Assembly: GCA_038733315.1 (NCBI GenBank)
Contig: JAVYPJ010000001.1
Coordinates: 295,863 to 359,862, forward strand
DNA: 64,000 nucleotides
Direction of reading: 5' to 3'
Source of the DNA: Candidatus Aenigmatarchaeota archaeon
GTDB taxonomy: Archaea > Aenigmatarchaeota > Aenigmatarchaeia > CG10238-14 > SpSt-28
Notes under the pieces: model-generated
Database searches by the model: none
The model's input: only the letters and a program-made list of their open reading frames with translations
What the model was told of the DNA's origin: nothing
Translations under genes and position numbers: made by a program
Shown: positions 39,815-50,287 of the stretch, piece by piece
How positions within the stretch are numbered: position 1 is the first letter of the stretch
Layout: each line of letters begins with the position of its first letter

Positions 39815-41280
39815 ATTAATATATAGATACTAGGTTTTTTAATTTCTTCTAATATTTCTTTGCAATAATCTTTTGCATCTTTAATGTTGATAAAAATCTT
39901 TATAAACTTTTCAGTTTCGTTATACTCTATAACTTTGTAATTGTATATTATAGGTATTTCTTCTATTTTTGCGTTAAAATTCCAATATCTTAATACTATT
40001 TTTTCATTATATTTTTTATACCAATCTGTTTTAAGGGTATCGTAAAGAGTTATATTTTTTTGATTAATAAATTTATAATAATACCAGAAGAATTGGCTAT
40101 CATGAAATGGAGTAAACATTATTTCTTCGTTTTCTGGAATTTTTTCTACAAGTTCTTGAAGCGGAAAATATATGAAATTTTCATCGTATAGCATAGAAAG
40201 TCTAATCACAGAGGAATCAAAAAAGATTAACGGCAAAAATAAAATTAAAAAAGCTAAATTCCTTTTAGATAAAATTATAAGATTTAGAATTGTTAATGGA
40301 AGAGAAAGATAAATGAATTGTCGTGGTAAAACTAAATATCTTGAAGTTAGGATTGAAAATGCTATGTTAAAAAACAAAATTGTAAAAAAAATTAAAGAAT
40401 ACAAAATTACATACTCATCTCTAAATCTTCTACTAACTAATAGAAATATTGGTAGAATAAACAAAAATTGCGATATGAGCTTAGAAAAATTTGATAAGTC
40501 AGATTGGATTATCATTTTTTCCCAGCTTTGTTCTTTGAAGAGCTCTATAGGAAAATTTAAAAGAAAATCTTTATAAATTTCTTTAAAATATTCATAAAAA
40601 GAAGTACTTCCTTTCCAACTTATGTAGGAGCTAAAAACTATTATTAGAGATGCTAAATAGATAATTAAAGTTATTAATGGATATTTCAAGTTTTTTACTG
40701 TTAAGTCTAGGGCCTTTCTGAATTGCACTCTTTTAACTATAAAGATGAAAAGCATTTTTGCAAACAGTAGTAAAATGTTAAAATAAAAAACTAATAGTGC
40801 TATGCAATCTATCAATACACTCTTTTTAAAATAGTATAATCTATTAAATTTTATATATTTTACAAAATAAAGGGTAGAGATTGCTGAGAGGAATAGCGAG
40901 AGAGAATATGGCCTTACTATTGCTAAGGAATATATTATTGGTGTGAAGGATAATGATAATAATATAATAATTTCAAAAATTTTTTTTTGTGTTTTTATAA
41001 TATTTAGTGTTTTTACACAAAGAACTACTGAGAACGAAACTAATGTAGCAAGAATTAATCTTAAGAATTCTATTTTAATAGAAAAGACAGTTAATGGGAA
41101 TATGAAAAAATAAAATATTGGTGTTTGAGTATCCCATACTATACATTCTGTGAAAAAGTAAAGGGAGCAAATTAGGCTTGCTGTTTCATCTATGTGTGGA
41201 TCTCTTGAAAAAGAAAAGATTGAGATAATAATGAAAGATATTATCCAGTACAATATATATCTTTTTTCAATTTCTATCAT
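39805..41280 (-). CDS. GT-C-fold membrane glycosyltransferase (PMT-like)
   Basis: DE motif in first loop, TPIFY, RPYS; multi-TM; operon with GT2. Confidence 0.65.
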   Translation of the reverse strand: MIEIEKRYILYWIISFIIISIFSFSRDPHIDETASLICSLYFFTECIVWDTQTPIFYFFIFPLTVFSIKIEFLRLILATLVSFSVVLCVKTLNIIKTQKKIFEIIILLSLSFTPIIYSLAIVRPYSLSLFLSAISTLYFVKYIKFNRLYYFKKSVLIDCIALLVFYFNILLLFAKMLFIFIVKRVQFRKALDLTVKNLKYPLITLIIYLASLIIVFSSYISWKGSTSFYEYFKEIYKDFLLNFPIELFKEQSWEKMIIQSDLSNFSKLISQFLFILPIFLLVSRRFRDEYVILYSLIFFTILFFNIAFSILTSRYLVLPRQFIYLSLPLTILNLIILSKRNLAFLILFLPLIFFDSSVIRLSMLYDENFIYFPLQELVEKIPENEEIMFTPFHDSQFFWYYYKFINQKNITLYDTLKTDWYKKYNEKIVLRYWNFNAKIEEIPIIYNYKVIEYNETEKFIKIFINIKDAKDYCKEILEEIKKPSIYILICR

Positions 41281-42362
41281 TTATTTAAATAAACTTTTTT
41301 TAAACTTAATATGTAATTAAATATAACAGCCACGAAAATCCCTATAAGATTTGATATAAGATAATTTATTGAAAAGAATTCTGTAAGTACAAACAATACT
41401 ATAACATTTATTATTAGGCCGAAAATTCTTACAATGTTTGTTTTTAACATTCTAGATATGAAATTCCTAATACCTCTTTTTCTTAAATCTCTAAAAACAA
41501 AGAATTCACAAAACAAAAAATTCCATATGATGCTAATCTCTATTGAAATAACAGAAGAAAATATATAATAAAAATTTAGAAGTTCTGTAAAAAAATATAG
41601 TAAAAACTCATTTACAAAAATTCCGCTAGCTCCTACTAAGGAAAATTTTATAATCCTTTTATATTCTTTTGTTTCTCGAAGTAAAGTCAAAAACAATTTT
41701 AAAAAGTTATAAACCTCTTTAAATCCCATTTTAGATTTTCCCTCTTTTCTTTTTTCGAATTTGAATGGAACTTCAACAAATTTTAGTTTTTGTTTAGCTA
41801 GTAATTCAAACAAAAACTTAAAGCCAATACATTTCATTTCCTTTAAATTCACTTTTTCTTTATTCAATAAGAAAAAACCAGATAGTGGGTCTGAAACTTT
41901 ATTTAAATTTGGAAAGAATGAAGAAATTAAAAATATTGCGATTTTCGAAAAAAGTATTCTAATTTTTTTTGTTTTTTTAACACTTTTATCTAAGAATCTA
42001 CTAGCTATAGATATATCGGCAGAATTTTCAATTAGTTTCTCGTATAATTTAGGAATGAATTTAGGTGGATGTTGAAAATCAGCATCCATTACACAAACAT
42101 ATTTATATTTAGATTTCTCTATCCCAAATTTAATTGCACTCGCCAATCCTCTTTCTTTTTTTCTTACAAAAACTTTAATTCTTTCATCTTTGAATTTTTT
42201 TACCTCTTCATAAGTTTTATCTGGACTATTATCGTCTACAACTATTATTTCAAAATCTTCAAAATTTTTTTCACATATTTTAACTATTTCCGGAATAATT
42301 TTTTTAATGTTTTCCCTTTCGTTATATGTCGGAATTACAATTGAAATTTTTTTATAATTCAT
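41277..42362 (-). CDS. Polyprenol-phosphate mannosyltransferase-like GT2 with GtrA domain
   Basis: IPTYNERENI, VDDNSPD, MDADFQHPP, DPLSGFF; C-terminal 4-TM GtrA. Confidence 0.9.
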   Translation of the reverse strand: MNYKKISIVIPTYNERENIKKIIPEIVKICEKNFEDFEIIVVDDNSPDKTYEEVKKFKDERIKVFVRKKERGLASAIKFGIEKSKYKYVCVMDADFQHPPKFIPKLYEKLIENSADISIASRFLDKSVKKTKKIRILFSKIAIFLISSFFPNLNKVSDPLSGFFLLNKEKVNLKEMKCIGFKFLFELLAKQKLKFVEVPFKFEKRKEGKSKMGFKEVYNFLKLFLTLLRETKEYKRIIKFSLVGASGIFVNEFLLYFFTELLNFYYIFSSVISIEISIIWNFLFCEFFVFRDLRKRGIRNFISRMLKTNIVRIFGLIINVIVLFVLTEFFSINYLISNLIGIFVAVIFNYILSLKKVYLNK

Positions 42363-42369
42363 AATATAT

Positions 42370-43611
42370 ATGGAAGGTATAAGTTTTTATTACGTATCTT
42401 TGCTAATACATAACCTTAGTTTAATTCCGGTAGTGTTTTTATCGTTTATCTTTTACTTTCTTTGTATATATGCAATCACTTTTCAGAATGATGTAAGAAA
42501 GAGAAATGTTATTAAGGAATATCCGTTTGTTTCTATTCATATTCCAGTTTATAACGATATAATAGTTGGAAGATGTATTCAAAAGTGTTTGGAGCTTGAC
42601 TATCCAAAAGATAAATATGAAATAATAGTTATAGATGATAGCACTGACGAAAAAGTAAAAAAAGTTGTAGATTCCTTTAAAGGAAAAATAAAAATTTTGA
42701 GGAGAGAAAACAGAGAAGGATTTAAGCCGGGGGCTTTAAATTATGCTCTAAAGAAATCAAAAGGAGATATAATTGTTATATTTGATTCTGATGAAATTCC
42801 TCCAAGGAATTTTTTAAAAGAGGTTGTAAAACATTTCAATGATGAAAAAATTGCGATGGTTCAAACAAAATTGAAAATTTATAATTCAAACAAAACAATA
42901 GTTTCTAAGTTCGCTTCTCTAGTTTTATACGTTTATTACGACATATTTTTACCGGCTTTTTTCAAAAATAGAATTCTTCATTGCGCAGGTTCTAGCGTAG
43001 CTATAAGGAAAGATGTTTTATTAAAACTTGGTGGTTGGAATCAAAGCAGTGTTACTGAAGATACAGATTTTAGTATAAAACTTCTTTTAAATGGTTACAA
43101 AGCGGTTTATTTAAAAAATTTGCAAACAAAAGCCGAAGCTCCGGTTGACTTAAAAAGTTTTATTAGGCAGCAAGCAAGGTGGACTTTTGGAATTGTCAGA
43201 GGTTTTGTAGAAAATTGGAGAGATATTATAACAGATAACACACTTAATTTTACTCAAAAATTTCTAATAACGTTTCAGTTATTCTTGGGATATTTTTTGG
43301 GTATGTTTATTATTATTTTCACTTTTTCTGGTCTGTTCGTTTTTATATTGGGAGAACCAAGAGAGCCTACATTAATGGATCTTTTTAAAACTGTAGGAAT
43401 ATTTTTTATAACTTCGGGTTTTCTTGCAAATCTATTTTTTGTAAGTTTTAAAGAAAAAATAAAAATAAAGTTTGAGTTGATTTTTGTTTTACTAACTCTT
43501 GGATTTCTTTTATTGGTTACTAATACAATTTATTTTTTTAGAGCATTTTTCACTAATAAGTTTTATTGGCATGTAACTCCAAAATATTCAAATAGATTTA
43601 TTAAAAGTTAA
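42370..43611 (+). CDS. Processive GT2 glycosyltransferase (cellulose synthase-like)
   Basis: DDS, KPGALN, FDSD, TED, QQARW (QxxRW). Confidence 0.9.
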   Translation: MEGISFYYVSLLIHNLSLIPVVFLSFIFYFLCIYAITFQNDVRKRNVIKEYPFVSIHIPVYNDIIVGRCIQKCLELDYPKDKYEIIVIDDSTDEKVKKVVDSFKGKIKILRRENREGFKPGALNYALKKSKGDIIVIFDSDEIPPRNFLKEVVKHFNDEKIAMVQTKLKIYNSNKTIVSKFASLVLYVYYDIFLPAFFKNRILHCAGSSVAIRKDVLLKLGGWNQSSVTEDTDFSIKLLLNGYKAVYLKNLQTKAEAPVDLKSFIRQQARWTFGIVRGFVENWRDIITDNTLNFTQKFLITFQLFLGYFLGMFIIIFTFSGLFVFILGEPREPTLMDLFKTVGIFFITSGFLANLFFVSFKEKIKIKFELIFVLLTLGFLLLVTNTIYFFRAFFTNKFYWHVTPKYSNRFIKS

Positions 43612-43644
43612 ATTATCATTAATAGGCTGTTTTATTATGAGAAT

Positions 43645-43716
43645 GGCCCGGTTGGTGTAGCGGTAGCACAGGGGCCTGTGGAGCCCCTAGGCCGGGTTCG
43701 AATCCCGGGCCGGGCC
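43645..43716 (+). tRNA. tRNA-His(GTG) with encoded G-1
   Basis: G-GCCCGGT.../GCCGGGC-C acceptor; GGGGC-CTGTGGA-GCCCC anticodon arm. Confidence 0.96.
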
Positions 43717-43767
43717 AAAATTAAATCTTTTTTAAAGGTTTTAAAATAATATTTTTTATAAGTGAGC

Positions 43768-45393
43768 ATGACAACTTATATATTTGTAACAGGTGGAGTA
43801 ATAAGTGGTATAGGAAAAGGTATAGTAACTGCTTCTATCGGAAGGATTTTAATTTCTAAGGGGTTTAGAGTTACTGCTATAAAGATAGATCCATATATAA
43901 ATTACGATGCTGGAACTTTAAGACCTACTGAGCATGGAGAAGTTTTTGTTACTGCAGATGGTGGAGAAATAGATGAAGATTTGGGTCACTATGAAAGATT
44001 CTTAGGAATTAATTTAACAAAAAATCATAATATAACTACTGGTAAAATTTATCTTAGAGTTATAGAAAAAGAGAGAAGAGGAGAATATCTTGGTAAAACT
44101 GTGGAAGTAATTCCTCACATAACAAATGAAATAAAGGATTGGATTAAAAAAATTGCAAAAGAAGATAACGCAGATTTTGTTATTGTTGAAATTGGCGGAA
44201 CTGTTGGAGAGTATCAGAATGAAATATACTATAGGGCAGCTAGAATAATGAAAAATGAGGGCGAAAAAGTTTTGTTTGTTCACGTAGTTTATCTTCCTAT
44301 TCCTAAGCATCTGGGTGAAATGAAAACAAAGCCGGCACAACATAGCATAGAATTATTAGGTAGATTAGGGATTTTTCCAGATTTTATAGTTGCGAGAGCG
44401 GAAAAGGAGTTAGATGAGATAAGAAAGGAAAAATTTTCTATGATGTGTAATATAAGAAAAGAAGATATAATTTCTGCACCTGATTTAGATCTAACATACG
44501 AATTACCTCTATATTTTGAAAAGCAAGATCTTGGAAATAAAATATTAGAAAAAATTGGTTTAGAAAAAAGAAAAAGCGATTTGAGCTTATGGGAAAAAAT
44601 GGTTATGAATTTAAAAAATTCGAATACAATAGTTAAGATTGGAATAGTTGGAAAATATTTTGATAGCGGAAATTTTGAATTTTCGGATTCTTACATTTCT
44701 ATTATAGAGGCTATTAAGCACGCATGCGCTTTTTTAAAAGTAAAACCTCAGATAATTAGCATAAATTCTAAAGCTCTAGAAAATAGTGAAGACTTAAATA
44801 GTCTTAAAGATTTAAATGGAATAATAGTTCCAGGCGGTTTTGGAGTAAGTGGTGTTAACGGTAAATTAAGGGCAATTAAGTATGCTAGAGAGAATAACAT
44901 TCCATTTTTGGGATTGTGTTTTGGATTTCAGCTAGCGGTTATAGAATTTGCTAGGAATGTTTGTAATTTAAATAATGCAAATTCTACCGAAATAGATGAG
45001 AAAACAGAGCATCCTGTAATAGATTTAATTCCAGAGCAAAGAGAAATACTTGAAGAAAAGAAATATGGTGCATCGATGAGATTGGGGAATCATGTAGTTA
45101 AGATTAAAAAAGAAACATTAGCATATAGGATTTATCAAAAAGAAGAGGTTTTAGAGAGATTTAGACATAGGTATGAAGTAAATCCAAAGTATGTCAAAAT
45201 TCTTGAAAAAAATGGCTTAGTTTTTTCTGGTTTTTCAAAGGAGAATGAAAAAATAATGCAAATTTGCGAATTGCCGAATCATAAATTTTTTATATGTACA
45301 CAATTTCATCCAGAATTTTCCTCTAAATTTTTAGATCCTCACCCAATTTTTGTTAATTTTGTTAAAGCATGTATATCTTATGAAAAAACATAA
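43768..45393 (+). CDS. pyrG: CTP synthase
   Basis: TGGVISGIGKG, KIDPYINYDAGT, KTKPAQHS, GLCFG, RHRYE, QFHPEF. Confidence 0.98.
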   Translation: MTTYIFVTGGVISGIGKGIVTASIGRILISKGFRVTAIKIDPYINYDAGTLRPTEHGEVFVTADGGEIDEDLGHYERFLGINLTKNHNITTGKIYLRVIEKERRGEYLGKTVEVIPHITNEIKDWIKKIAKEDNADFVIVEIGGTVGEYQNEIYYRAARIMKNEGEKVLFVHVVYLPIPKHLGEMKTKPAQHSIELLGRLGIFPDFIVARAEKELDEIRKEKFSMMCNIRKEDIISAPDLDLTYELPLYFEKQDLGNKILEKIGLEKRKSDLSLWEKMVMNLKNSNTIVKIGIVGKYFDSGNFEFSDSYISIIEAIKHACAFLKVKPQIISINSKALENSEDLNSLKDLNGIIVPGGFGVSGVNGKLRAIKYARENNIPFLGLCFGFQLAVIEFARNVCNLNNANSTEIDEKTEHPVIDLIPEQREILEEKKYGASMRLGNHVVKIKKETLAYRIYQKEEVLERFRHRYEVNPKYVKILEKNGLVFSGFSKENEKIMQICELPNHKFFICTQFHPEFSSKFLDPHPIFVNFVKACISYEKT

Positions 45394-45856
45394 ATATATA
45401 AATCTTTATAAAGAGTTTCAACAAAATCTATTTAGTTCAGTGAATTATTTAAAGAAACATTTTTTATATAATTTTCTAGTGTTTTTTTCAAGGAGCATTT
45501 TCTTTATTTATGCCTATTTCTGGCAAATTAAAAAAGGAAAAATTGAATACTCTTCTATGAACGATATTTTGAACTTGTTTTATTTCGATTTTCTAAGAAT
45601 AGAAGAGAAAGATGTTGAGATTGTAAAAATTTCTCATAAGGAGCTTGTTACTAGGTGTCGTAATCCTTGTCCAATTTTGAAAATCGCTAACTACTTTAAT
45701 TTAGATACTAGAGATTTTTGTAAAAGAGTTTCTGAGCCTGTTTGTAAATATGTTTTAAGGAAAATAGATAAAAATATTTTGTTCGAGAGAAATTATAATA
45801 ATATAAGACCATATAAAGATAGCTGTGAAGAAAAGATAGAATTAATAAGCAATTAA
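45380..45856 (+). CDS. Hypothetical Cys-containing protein
   Basis: CRNPCP...FC...VC...SCEE pattern; start uncertain. Confidence 0.55.
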   Translation: MKKHKYINLYKEFQQNLFSSVNYLKKHFLYNFLVFFSRSIFFIYAYFWQIKKGKIEYSSMNDILNLFYFDFLRIEEKDVEIVKISHKELVTRCRNPCPILKIANYFNLDTRDFCKRVSEPVCKYVLRKIDKNILFERNYNNIRPYKDSCEEKIELISN

Positions 45857-45873
45857 AAGGTACTTGATATTTT

Positions 45874-46398
45874 ATGATATCCGAAATTTTAATATCTTTT
45901 TTTATAGCACTCTCTATTCTAATTTTCTTTAAATATTTAGAAATAAGCAGAAAATTACATGAAAAGGCTTTTGAATTATTTCAAAAATGGAAAGAAAAAG
46001 AGTTAGAAAAAGAAGCGATTGAAAGAGCAAAAATTCTATTAGAGAGATGGCTTTTAGAAAAAGAGAAGAAAATTAGAGAAGATGCTATACAAAAATCTTT
46101 ATCAACAATAATAGGAAAAGTTGGTGAACAATTAGCGCCTATATTTTTTCTGAAAAACTATGGAATAAATCCAAAAGATGTTAGGTTTATAGGTAGCCCT
46201 ATAGATTTTATAGCTTTTAAGAATCTAAGCGAAAATAAACCGGAAAAAATAATTTTCATAGAAGTTAAAAGTGGTAAGTCTAATTTAAGCGAAAAAGAGA
46301 AAATGATTAAAGAACTAATAAATAAAAAAAGGGTAGAGTTTTTAGAAGTTGATATAGAGGAAGAAATAAAAAAACTAAATTACTCCAAGCTTCGCTAA
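45874..46398 (+). CDS. Membrane-anchored Holliday junction resolvase-like endonuclease
   Basis: REDAIQKS..GKVGEQLAP, RFIGSPIDFIAF, FIEVKSG (PD-(D/E)xK). Confidence 0.88.
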   Translation: MISEILISFFIALSILIFFKYLEISRKLHEKAFELFQKWKEKELEKEAIERAKILLERWLLEKEKKIREDAIQKSLSTIIGKVGEQLAPIFFLKNYGINPKDVRFIGSPIDFIAFKNLSENKPEKIIFIEVKSGKSNLSEKEKMIKELINKKRVEFLEVDIEEEIKKLNYSKLR

Positions 46399-46635
46399 TA
46401 TTTCGTTTGCATTATATTCCTTCTTTAACTTTATGTAAGCTTTTTTAATACCTTTTCTCGTAATTATTGTATTTACTTTTTCTACTTTAACGTTTAATTG
46501 TTTTTCTATAGCTTCTTTAATTTGTTTCTTGTTAGCGTTTCTATCTACTATAAAAACTAGCTTATTCTCTTTTTGCGCTAATCTTATGGCTTTTTCTGTT
46601 TGATATGGATAAAATATCACATCCATACTATTCAT
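46375..46635 (-). CDS. rpl23: 50S ribosomal protein L23
   Basis: TEKA, NKLVFIVD..ANKKQIK, KVNT, KKAYIKL. Confidence 0.97.
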   Translation of the reverse strand: MNSMDVIFYPYQTEKAIRLAQKENKLVFIVDRNANKKQIKEAIEKQLNVKVEKVNTIITRKGIKKAYIKLKKEYNANEILAKLGVI

Positions 46636-46719
46636 AGAGTTTTTATATTTAAATATTGTTTTTGTATTGCGCGCAATTAAGGGTATGTAAACCCAATAAA
46701 TCTAAAAATTTAAATATAA

Positions 46720-47205
46720 ATGGAAAATTTTGTAGTACTGGATATTGAAACTACAGGATTAGATCCTTTTAGCGATAAAATTATAGGCTTTGGGTTAGCA
46801 GATGAAAAGAAAATTTTAGTGAGGGTATCTATGGATGAGAAAGTTTTGTTAAGGGATATTTGGGAAAACATAAGTAATAAAGTTGTTATTGGATATAATG
46901 TAAAAAACTTTGATTTTCATTTTTTGAAAATAAGAAGTTTAAAAAACGATATTGCTGTTAAAAAAGTTTCAAATGTAGTTGATTTATTAGAAATTTTGGG
47001 AATGAATAATAGCTATAAGAGAAAAAGCTTAAATTTTCTTTTGGAGTTTTTAGATTTTAATACTAAACCTTTCTCTGGGGCTAAAATTCCAGAATTTTTA
47101 GAGAGGGGTGAAATAAAAAAGATTGAGATGTATATAGAGGAGGAAATAAAGGCTTTATTAAAGCTAATAAAAAAATTAAAAGATTGCGGTTTATTAAATT
47201 TATGA
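46720..47205 (+). CDS. DEDD/RNase H-like 3'-5' exonuclease
   Basis: LDIETTGLD, GYNVKNFD. Confidence 0.85.
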   Translation: MENFVVLDIETTGLDPFSDKIIGFGLADEKKILVRVSMDEKVLLRDIWENISNKVVIGYNVKNFDFHFLKIRSLKNDIAVKKVSNVVDLLEILGMNNSYKRKSLNFLLEFLDFNTKPFSGAKIPEFLERGEIKKIEMYIEEEIKALLKLIKKLKDCGLLNL

Positions 47206-47537
47206 GATATAAATTATTACTCGCAATACCTTTAATACTTTTTACTTTGCAAATTTCCCTTTCAGATTCTATTCTAACGAATATTAATAATTTAATAGAA
47301 AATGTTCTAAACATTCCTTTAAGAATTGGTAAGTTTTTTTATGATTTTTTAGGCTTAGAAAGAACTGTTGGAGCTTATCTTAAATCTGTTTCTGAACCTG
47401 TAAAGAGTATTGTTATAGTTATTCTTTTGGTTATTTCAATTTTTTTAATCATAACATTTATAAAAAACTTAGTTTTTGCTATAGTAGTCTTTATCTGTTT
47501 ATGTATAATACTTTATTTGATTTTTTATGTTTTATAG
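47202..47537 (+). CDS. Small membrane protein
   Basis: Likely start MRYKLL with ATGA coupling; hydrophobic termini. Confidence 0.6.
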   Translation: MRYKLLLAIPLILFTLQISLSDSILTNINNLIENVLNIPLRIGKFFYDFLGLERTVGAYLKSVSEPVKSIVIVILLVISIFLIITFIKNLVFAIVVFICLCIILYLIFYVL

Positions 47538-48056
47538 ATGGTTAAAAAGTTTTATTACATATTATATCCGAGAAATGTTTATGTTATAGGTGTTGGTAGT
47601 GTAAAGAATAATGAAATAAACTTTATGAGCGCTTGTTGGGTTATGCCAGTTGCTACAGATAAAAAACTAATAGCTTTTTCGTGCCATAGGGAAAATTATT
47701 CTTTCGAGCTTATTGAGAAATATAAGGCTTTTTCTGTTAATGTGACAGATAATATAGATTTAATTTGGAAGCTTGGAACAACTAGTGGAAGAGAAATAAA
47801 TAAAGCTAAAGAGTTTGATGTTAAATTCGAAAGCGGGAAGGTTTTGGATGTGCCTATTTTAAAAAATTGTCTAGCATTTTTAGAGGCAAAAGTTATTAAT
47901 TATGTTGATGTCTCAGATCATAGATTATACATAGCTGAAGTTATGAATTTGGGTGGAGATATTGGCGATTATGGTTTAAGGGAGTATTGGAGAGTTCCAT
48001 TACATAAGGGTGGAAAGGCTTTTGCAAAAGTTTCTAGAGAATTAAAATTTATTTAA
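47538..48056 (+). CDS. Flavin reductase-like FMN-binding protein
   Basis: LYPR, NFMSACW, FSVN, GTTSGREINK, DHRLYIAEV. Confidence 0.88.
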   Translation: MVKKFYYILYPRNVYVIGVGSVKNNEINFMSACWVMPVATDKKLIAFSCHRENYSFELIEKYKAFSVNVTDNIDLIWKLGTTSGREINKAKEFDVKFESGKVLDVPILKNCLAFLEAKVINYVDVSDHRLYIAEVMNLGGDIGDYGLREYWRVPLHKGGKAFAKVSRELKFI

Positions 48057-48075
48057 AAATTTTTATATATACTCT

Positions 48076-48702
48076 ATGGGGGAATTAAAAATTAAAATAA
48101 AAACATCTTATTTAATAGCAATTGTTATTGTTTTAATATTTTTAGTTTTTTCAATTTTTTTGTTTCAAAATCTAAATTTGTTTAAAGAAAGCGAAATTAC
48201 AAATGTTAATGATTTAATACTTCAGAGCGATATAATTCTAGGAAATCCTAATTCTGGAAAAATTCTAATTGAATATAGCAGTTTAGAATGTTCTGCATGT
48301 GAATATTTTCACTTATACCTTTTTGATAATGTTCAGGATGCAATTAATAAAAACGAAATAGCGTATATAATAAGGTTAATTCCTTTTAAAAGGGATGAGT
48401 TTAGCAACAATTTAGCTAAGCTAGGATATTGCTCAATAAAACTTACTAATTCAACAGAATTTATTAAAACTATATATAAGAATTTAGATAGCGCTAAAAA
48501 CATTAACTTTTTTTATGAATTGTTTGATGGTGATGTAGAGAAATTAAAAGAGTGCGTAAATAGTTTTGAAGCTGAAAAATATTTATCTAATAACATTAAG
48601 AAATTCTTAGATGATAAAAATGAATTCACTCCAACATTTATATTAATAAAAAACGGTAGAATTGAAAAAATAGTTGGTGCTAGGGTTATTAATTTAGATT
48701 AG
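48076..48702 (+). CDS. Membrane-anchored DsbA-like thioredoxin
   Basis: IEYSSLECSAC, TPTF. Confidence 0.82.
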   Translation: MGELKIKIKTSYLIAIVIVLIFLVFSIFLFQNLNLFKESEITNVNDLILQSDIILGNPNSGKILIEYSSLECSACEYFHLYLFDNVQDAINKNEIAYIIRLIPFKRDEFSNNLAKLGYCSIKLTNSTEFIKTIYKNLDSAKNINFFYELFDGDVEKLKECVNSFEAEKYLSNNIKKFLDDKNEFTPTFILIKNGRIEKIVGARVINLD

Positions 48703-50286
48703 AAGGTTTAAATTAATTTCTGCTATAGTAGTTGGCATGAATATTTCAAAATTGGATAAAATTTCGGGATGAACTTCTCCTAAGAATCCTATAACTTTTT
48801 TATTTTCTAAAACTATGTATGCTTGTCTACCTTCTATTAAAAACTCTAGTTTACTTTCTTTTAGAGAAATTTCTTTCTTTAAATATTTGAATAACTCTTC
48901 CAAAATAGAAATAATTTCTGAAAGGTTTGCTTTTTCGTGGCAACAACAAATACATAAACATCTATAATCCTCTAAATTTTTTACTATATATCCTATTTCG
49001 AAAACATTTTGTGGATATTCTTTTGAAATGTTTTTAGATAAGAAGGATAGAATACTTGGGAATAAACAATTTCTTATTACGTTATATTCTTCGCTTACAG
49101 GATTTAATATTTTAGTAGGTTCTTCAGAAATTTTAGCCCTTATTAAATTTTTTTTGTTTGTAAGTGTTGGTGTTATTATTTCTAAAAACTTCATACCTAT
49201 TAAAAATTCCCTAATTTTGTTTTCAAAAATTTCTCTTTCGTGAATCTTTCCTATCGTTACTGTTTTTAATTCATCAAGCTCAAAATTATTATAACCATAT
49301 GCTATTGCTACATCCTCTATTATATCTCTTTTATGTAATATATCTACTCTATAGAATGGTACAACAACATCTATATCTTCTTCATTTAATGTAATAGCTT
49401 CAAATCCCATTTTTTCAAGTAAATTCTTTATTTCTTCAGCTTTTAAATTTAAACCAAGTAAGCTATTTATTTCTTTCTTATTTATTCTAATTATTTCGTT
49501 ATCGATTTTTGGATATTCATCATTATTTAAATAAACTTTTTGAGGACTTCCAAAAAATGAAAAGAAATAAATTAATATTTTTGTGGCTATTTCTACACTT
49601 CTCTTATCTATTCCAGTAATGTCTACAAAAATGTTTTTAGTATTTGTTGTTAATCTTGTTTTTTCGGAATTTATTATTGGTGGAAATGAAATTATAGATT
49701 CTTCATCATAAATTGCTGGATAAGGTTCATAAATCAAATTCCCATATTTCTTACCTTTATCACATATTTCCAAAACTTCGTTTAAAGTCATTTCAGTTTC
49801 ATAAGTTAGTGGAATCATTTTTTCGTTTGGAAGAGCTTCTCTATAATAAATCTCTCCCTTTATTTTATCTAAATCGTGAATTCCTATAGCAACTAAACTT
49901 CTGTCTCTTCCAACATATTTATGCAAAGTTTCTTGAAATTCAATAATTCTTTTTAGTAGATTTTCATCCATTTTTAAATCTTTAACTACAAAACAAGAAA
50001 AGAATTCTCTACATCGAACTTTATGTTTATAATATACTTTTATTCCAGAATTTTCCATTTCAAGCTTTTTAATGCAGCCACCAAATAGGAAATCTTTTAT
50101 AGCTTTTAGAAGACCCTCTTCAAAAAACAAATCAACCCTATCTTGAGTTATAGATATTTTTATTTTATCTTCAGTAATTTCCTCTACTTCTGGTTTAAAA
50201 CTCTCTATTATTTCAGCTATTTTTTCGTTTTCTTCTGTCTGAAGCTCTTTTTTCAGTTTCTTTAAATTGTATTCGAAAACAGGCAT
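48694..50286 (-). CDS. pheT: Phenylalanine-tRNA ligase beta subunit
   Basis: RVDL, QETLH, AIGIHDLD, SFPPIINS, RVDILH..DIIEDVAIAYGY, GEVHP. Confidence 0.96.
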   Translation of the reverse strand: MPVFEYNLKKLKKELQTEENEKIAEIIESFKPEVEEITEDKIKISITQDRVDLFFEEGLLKAIKDFLFGGCIKKLEMENSGIKVYYKHKVRCREFFSCFVVKDLKMDENLLKRIIEFQETLHKYVGRDRSLVAIGIHDLDKIKGEIYYREALPNEKMIPLTYETEMTLNEVLEICDKGKKYGNLIYEPYPAIYDEESIISFPPIINSEKTRLTTNTKNIFVDITGIDKRSVEIATKILIYFFSFFGSPQKVYLNNDEYPKIDNEIIRINKKEINSLLGLNLKAEEIKNLLEKMGFEAITLNEEDIDVVVPFYRVDILHKRDIIEDVAIAYGYNNFELDELKTVTIGKIHEREIFENKIREFLIGMKFLEIITPTLTNKKNLIRAKISEEPTKILNPVSEEYNVIRNCLFPSILSFLSKNISKEYPQNVFEIGYIVKNLEDYRCLCICCCHEKANLSEIISILEELFKYLKKEISLKESKLEFLIEGRQAYIVLENKKVIGFLGEVHPEILSNFEIFMPTTIAEINLNLLI

Positions 50287-50287
50287 G

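Noticed and set aside
43645..43716. Encoded G-1 in tRNA-His and CCA-less tRNA genes
   Set aside because: Common in archaea; the CCA enzyme is present in the window
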